DNA of 64,000 nucleotides from Burkholderiales bacterium (GTDB lineage Bacteria; Pseudomonadota; Gammaproteobacteria; Burkholderiales; SG8-39): assembly GCA_014860355.1 (NCBI GenBank), contig JACZJV010000062.1:759-64758 (forward strand). The letters run 5' to 3'. This document shows positions 60,594-64,000 of this stretch, one piece after another. Positions within the stretch are counted from its first letter, which is position 1, and the number at the start of each line of letters is the position of its first letter. The position numbers and the translations under genes were made by a program. The notes under the pieces are model-generated. The model was not told where the DNA came from and did not search any database. It saw only the letters and a list, made by a program, of their open reading frames with translations.

Positions 60594-63178
60594 TGCCCAA
60601 CGCGCAATTGGCAGCTGTCGTGCGGCATTCCGCGGCCAGCCTGCGCGAACCGTTGCAGCGGGATCGGCGCGCTCTGCACGAGCGCTATGCCGCGGATGGG
60701 GAAGCACCGCGCCTGCTGCGCCAGCACCGGGCGCTCATCGACCGCGCGCTGCGTAGTTTGTGGAAGGAGGCGGCCCTGCCCGGCTCGCTGGCTCTTGCCG
60801 CGGTCGGCGGATACGGGCGCGGCGAGCTGTTTCCGCATTCCGACGTCGATCTGCTGGTGCTCCTGCCGTGGGAGCCGGACGCGGAACTTAAAGCCAAGCT
60901 GGAGGGGCTGATAGGCAGGCTTTGGGACACCGGCCTCGAACCCGGCCACGGTGTGCGCACGATCGAGGAATGCCTGTTCGAGTCGGCCAAGGACATTACC
61001 GTACAGACCAGCCTGCTGGAAGCGAGATGGCTGGCCGGCAGCCGCAGTCTGTATGCCGCTTTCACCCATGCCATGCGCGAGCAGCTCGATCCGCAGCATT
61101 TCTTCCAGTCCAAGCGCCTGGAGCAGGAGCAGCGACACGGCAAATACCAGGAAAGCCCCTACAGTCTCGAACCCAATTTAAAGGAGGCGCCGGGGGGCCT
61201 GCGCGACCTGCAGGTGATTCTGTGGATCTGCCGCTGCGCCGGTTTGGGCGAAAACTGGATGCAGCTCGCTGCGCGCGAACTCATAACCACCGTCGAAGCG
61301 CGCCAGCTCGCGCGATACCAGAAGTTCCTGAGCGAACTGCGTATCCGCCTGCACTACATCGCGGGCCGCCGCGAGGACCGGCTGCTGTTCGATTACCAGA
61401 GCAGCCTGGCTGCGCAGCTGGGCTTCGTCGACACACCGAGCAAGCGCGCCAGCGAACAGATGATGCAGCGCTATTACCGCACCGCCAAGGCGATCACGCA
61501 GCTCAACACGCTGCTGCTGCAGAATATCGGCGTGGAGCTGCTTTCGAGCGACGACAGTCCGCTGGAAATCCTCAACGAGCGCTTCCAGGCCGCGCACGAA
61601 CTGCTGGAGGCGCGCGATGCCGATCTGTTCGAGCGCCAGCCGGGCGCCATCCTGGAGAGCTTCCTGCTGCTGCAGCAGCACTCCGAGCTGAAAGGCATGG
61701 GCGCGCCGACGCTGCGCGCGCTGTGGCGCGCGCGCGCCGGAATCGACGCCCGCTTCCGGCGCGACCCGGCCAATTGCGCGCAGTTCATGCAGATCCTGCA
61801 GCAGCCGCGCGGACTGGTGCACGCGCTGCGGCGCATGAATCAATATTCCATACTCGGGCGCTATCTGCCCGCGTTCGGCAAGATCGTCGGGCAGATGCAA
61901 TACGATCTGTTCCACGCCTATACCGTGGACCAGCACATCCTCAACGTGATCCGCAATCTACGCCGCTTCACCATGATCGAATTCGCCCACGAGTATCCGC
62001 AGTGCAGCCGCCTGATTGCGGGGTTCGAGCGCCACTGGCTGCTTTATGTCGCAGCGCTGTTCCACGACATCGCCAAGGGCCGCGGAGGCGACCATTCCAG
62101 GCTCGGCATGCGCGACGCACGCGGTTTCTGCCGGCTGCACGGCCTGACGCGCGAGGACACCGAACTGGTCGCATTCCTGGTCGAGCACCATTTGACCATG
62201 TCTTCTGTCGCGCAGAAGCGCGATCTTTCCGATCCCGACGTCATCGAGGCCTTCGCGCGCACGGCGAAGACCGAACGCCGGCTCACTGCGCTGTACCTGC
62301 TGACGGTTGCCGATGTGCGCGGCACCAGCCCCAAGGTATGGAACGCCTGGAAGGGCAAACTGCTGGAAGACCTGTTCCTGCTCGCGCGGCGCCTGCTGCG
62401 CGGCGATGGCGTGGGCTTCGAGCAGGATATTCAGGCCAAACAGGAGGAAGCGCTGCGACTGCTGCGCCTGTACGCCCTGTCGGACGAAGTCAAGGACAGG
62501 CTTTGGAGCGAGCTCGATGTGGCCTATTTTCTGCGTCACGACGCGCAGGACATCGCCTGGCAGACCCGTACCCTGCACTACCGCGTCGACACCGACCGGC
62601 CGGTGGTGAAAGCGCGCCTCTCTCCCATAGGCGAAGGGCTGCAGGTGATGATCTATACGCGCGACCAGCGCGACCTGTTCGCGCGCATCTGCGGCTATTT
62701 CGAACAGATCAACTACAGCATCGCCGACGCCCGCATTCACACCACGGGCCACGGCTACGCCCTGGATACGTTCCTGTTGCTGGGCCCGGGCAACAATCCG
62801 CATTATCGCGACATGATCAGCCTGATCGAGACCGACCTGGCCGAACGGCTGCAGCGTCAGACGCCACTGCATCCCCCCACCCGCGGCCGCGTTTCGCGCC
62901 AGCTGCGGCATTTTCCGATCACACCGGAGGTCCATATCCGGCCGGATGAAAAAGGCGCGAGTTACGCGCTGTCCATCATCGCCGGCGACCGCCCCGGCCT
63001 GCTCTATGCCATTGCGCTGGTGCTGGGCAAGTACGACATCAACCTGGTCACCGCCAAGATCGTGACGCTGGGCGAGCGCGCAGAAGACGTGTTCCTGGTA
63101 TCGGGCGAGGCGCTTGCCATACCCAAGACCGTGCTGCAACTCGAGAGCGATCTGCTCGACGCATTGCAGCTCAACTAG
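60593..63178 (+). CDS. glnD: [protein-PII] uridylyltransferase/uridylyl-removing enzyme
   Basis: 861 aa. Nucleotidyltransferase motif AVGGYGRGELFPHSDVDLLVL, an HD domain (FHDIAKGRGGDHS) and two C-terminal ACT domains. The ATG overlaps the map stop. Confidence 0.95.
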   Translation: MPNAQLAAVVRHSAASLREPLQRDRRALHERYAADGEAPRLLRQHRALIDRALRSLWKEAALPGSLALAAVGGYGRGELFPHSDVDLLVLLPWEPDAELKAKLEGLIGRLWDTGLEPGHGVRTIEECLFESAKDITVQTSLLEARWLAGSRSLYAAFTHAMREQLDPQHFFQSKRLEQEQRHGKYQESPYSLEPNLKEAPGGLRDLQVILWICRCAGLGENWMQLAARELITTVEARQLARYQKFLSELRIRLHYIAGRREDRLLFDYQSSLAAQLGFVDTPSKRASEQMMQRYYRTAKAITQLNTLLLQNIGVELLSSDDSPLEILNERFQAAHELLEARDADLFERQPGAILESFLLLQQHSELKGMGAPTLRALWRARAGIDARFRRDPANCAQFMQILQQPRGLVHALRRMNQYSILGRYLPAFGKIVGQMQYDLFHAYTVDQHILNVIRNLRRFTMIEFAHEYPQCSRLIAGFERHWLLYVAALFHDIAKGRGGDHSRLGMRDARGFCRLHGLTREDTELVAFLVEHHLTMSSVAQKRDLSDPDVIEAFARTAKTERRLTALYLLTVADVRGTSPKVWNAWKGKLLEDLFLLARRLLRGDGVGFEQDIQAKQEEALRLLRLYALSDEVKDRLWSELDVAYFLRHDAQDIAWQTRTLHYRVDTDRPVVKARLSPIGEGLQVMIYTRDQRDLFARICGYFEQINYSIADARIHTTGHGYALDTFLLLGPGNNPHYRDMISLIETDLAERLQRQTPLHPPTRGRVSRQLRHFPITPEVHIRPDEKGASYALSIIAGDRPGLLYAIALVLGKYDINLVTAKIVTLGERAEDVFLVSGEALAIPKTVLQLESDLLDALQLN

Positions 63179-63235
63179 GCTGCGGCCAGGTTATGCGGGG
63201 TGCGTACGCCCCTGCCGGCGGGTTTCATGCCGGCC

Positions 63236-63766
63236 TCATTCCTCCAGGATTTCCTCGCCCGGGAACAGCGCCTGGATGAAACCGAACTTGCTGAAATCGC
63301 GGATGCGCATCGGGTACAAAATGCCCTGCAGATGATCGCACTCGTGCTGCACCACGCGCGCGTGGAAGCCGCTTACGCTGCGGTCGATGCGATTGCCGCG
63401 CTCGTCAAAGCCCTGGTAGCGCAGTCGCGCATGGCGCGGCACCATGCCGCGCAGCCCCGGCACCGACAGGCAACCTTCCCAGTCCTCTTCGAGTTCGTCC
63501 GAAAGCGGCGTCAGTACCGGGTTGATGAGTACCGTATCGGGCACTTCCTCGGCCCGCGGGTAGCGATCGTTCCGGTCCACGCCGAACACAACCACCTGCA
63601 GTCCGACGCCGATCTGCGGCGCGGCCAGGCCCGCGCCGTTCAAGTGCGCCATGGTTTCGCGCATGTCGGCCAGCAGGGCGTGCAATCCGGGCGTATCGAA
63701 CGCTTCCACCGGCCGCGCCGCTTGCAGCAGGAACGGATCGCCCATCTTGAGTACCTCGCGGATCAT
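63236..63766 (-). CDS. def: peptide deformylase
   Basis: 176 aa. [18 protein letters not shown] and the HECDHL motif. Confidence 0.93.
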   Translation of the reverse strand: MIREVLKMGDPFLLQAARPVEAFDTPGLHALLADMRETMAHLNGAGLAAPQIGVGLQVVVFGVDRNDRYPRAEEVPDTVLINPVLTPLSDELEEDWEGCLSVPGLRGMVPRHARLRYQGFDERGNRIDRSVSGFHARVVQHECDHLQGILYPMRIRDFSKFGFIQALFPGEEILEE

Positions 63767-64000
63767 GCGCGCGACGCCAGTTTCTCGATGATCCGACGCA
63801 CGCGCGCCAGCGACTGCTGCAGCACCGGCTCGATGTCCTCCAGGCGTATGCCGTGCAGGCTGTCGCCGCGGCCGGCGGCGAAATTCGCTACCACCGCGAT
63901 GGTGGCGTAATCGAGTTCCGCCTCCCGCGCCAGCGCCGCTTCGGGCATGCCGGTCATGCCCACGACATCGGCGCCGTCGCGCTCGATCCGATTGATCTCC
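63763..64000 (-). CDS. mtnP: S-methyl-5'-thioadenosine (or -thioinosine) phosphorylase, C-terminal part; 5' end beyond window
   Basis: The frame is open to the window edge. ...[32 protein letters not shown] resembles the MTAP/PNP family C-terminal region. The stop overlaps the def start. Confidence 0.75.
   Translation of the reverse strand, partial: EINRIERDGADVVGMTGMPEAALAREAELDYATIAVVANFAAGRGDSLHGIRLEDIEPVLQQSLARVRRIIEKLASRA

Noticed and set aside
60922-62949. 675-aa ORF in an alternative plus-strand frame within glnD
   Set aside because: Its extreme Arg/Pro/Ala bias (RRPARAG-type runs) marks an out-of-frame read of a GC-rich gene. The glnD frame carries the NT, HD and ACT motifs.

Overview
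GC-rich 64-kb chromosomal segment with proteobacterial, most likely betaproteobacterial, housekeeping synteny. The taxonomy is inferred from gene order only. I call about 66 protein genes and 3 tRNAs. I saw no rRNA, CRISPR array, IS element or intact prophage. Layout: (1) 1-3.5 kb, rpoE-rseA-rseB-degP envelope-stress operon plus a glutaredoxin-like gene. (2) 3.5-6.1 kb, a small accessory insert holding an OafA-type acyltransferase-3/SGNH gene and a truncated P4-type integrase stub. It interrupts the usual rpoE...lepA adjacency. (3) 6.1-17 kb, lepA-lepB-DUF4845-rnc-era-recO-pdxJ-acpS-nagZ-udg-uvrC-pgsA, largely joined by 4-8 nt overlaps, followed by tRNA-Gly and tRNA-Cys. (4) 17.3-24.3 kb, an MFS transporter followed by the most unusual locus in the window. 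That locus is a two-gene minus-strand operon. Its first gene encodes a TPR plus beta-barrel outer-membrane protein with Slam/DUF560 (type XI secretion) architecture. Its second gene encodes a 1293-aa secreted, non-lipidated protein with an N-terminal FecR-type domain and three TbpB-like barrel modules. A Fur-like 7-1-7 palindrome lies upstream of the operon, and tRNA-Leu follows it. (5) 24.6-44.5 kb, mixed housekeeping genes: tatD, holB, tmk, mltG, ygfZ, tadA, guaBA, smpB, plus a class-II-aldolase/SDR fusion immediately upstream of mtnA that may be a DHAP-shunt-type MTA salvage module. (6) 44.6-59.4 kb, the classical minus-strand block rpsB-tsf-pyrH-frr-uppS-cdsA-dxr-rseP-bamA-skp-lpxD-fabZ-lpxA-lpxB-rnhB-trmH. 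(7) 59.8-64 kb, map-glnD, def and a partial MTA phosphorylase gene. Many long ORFs in the six-frame track are GC-driven shadow frames and were rejected. All family calls come from reading motifs by eye. No database search was run.
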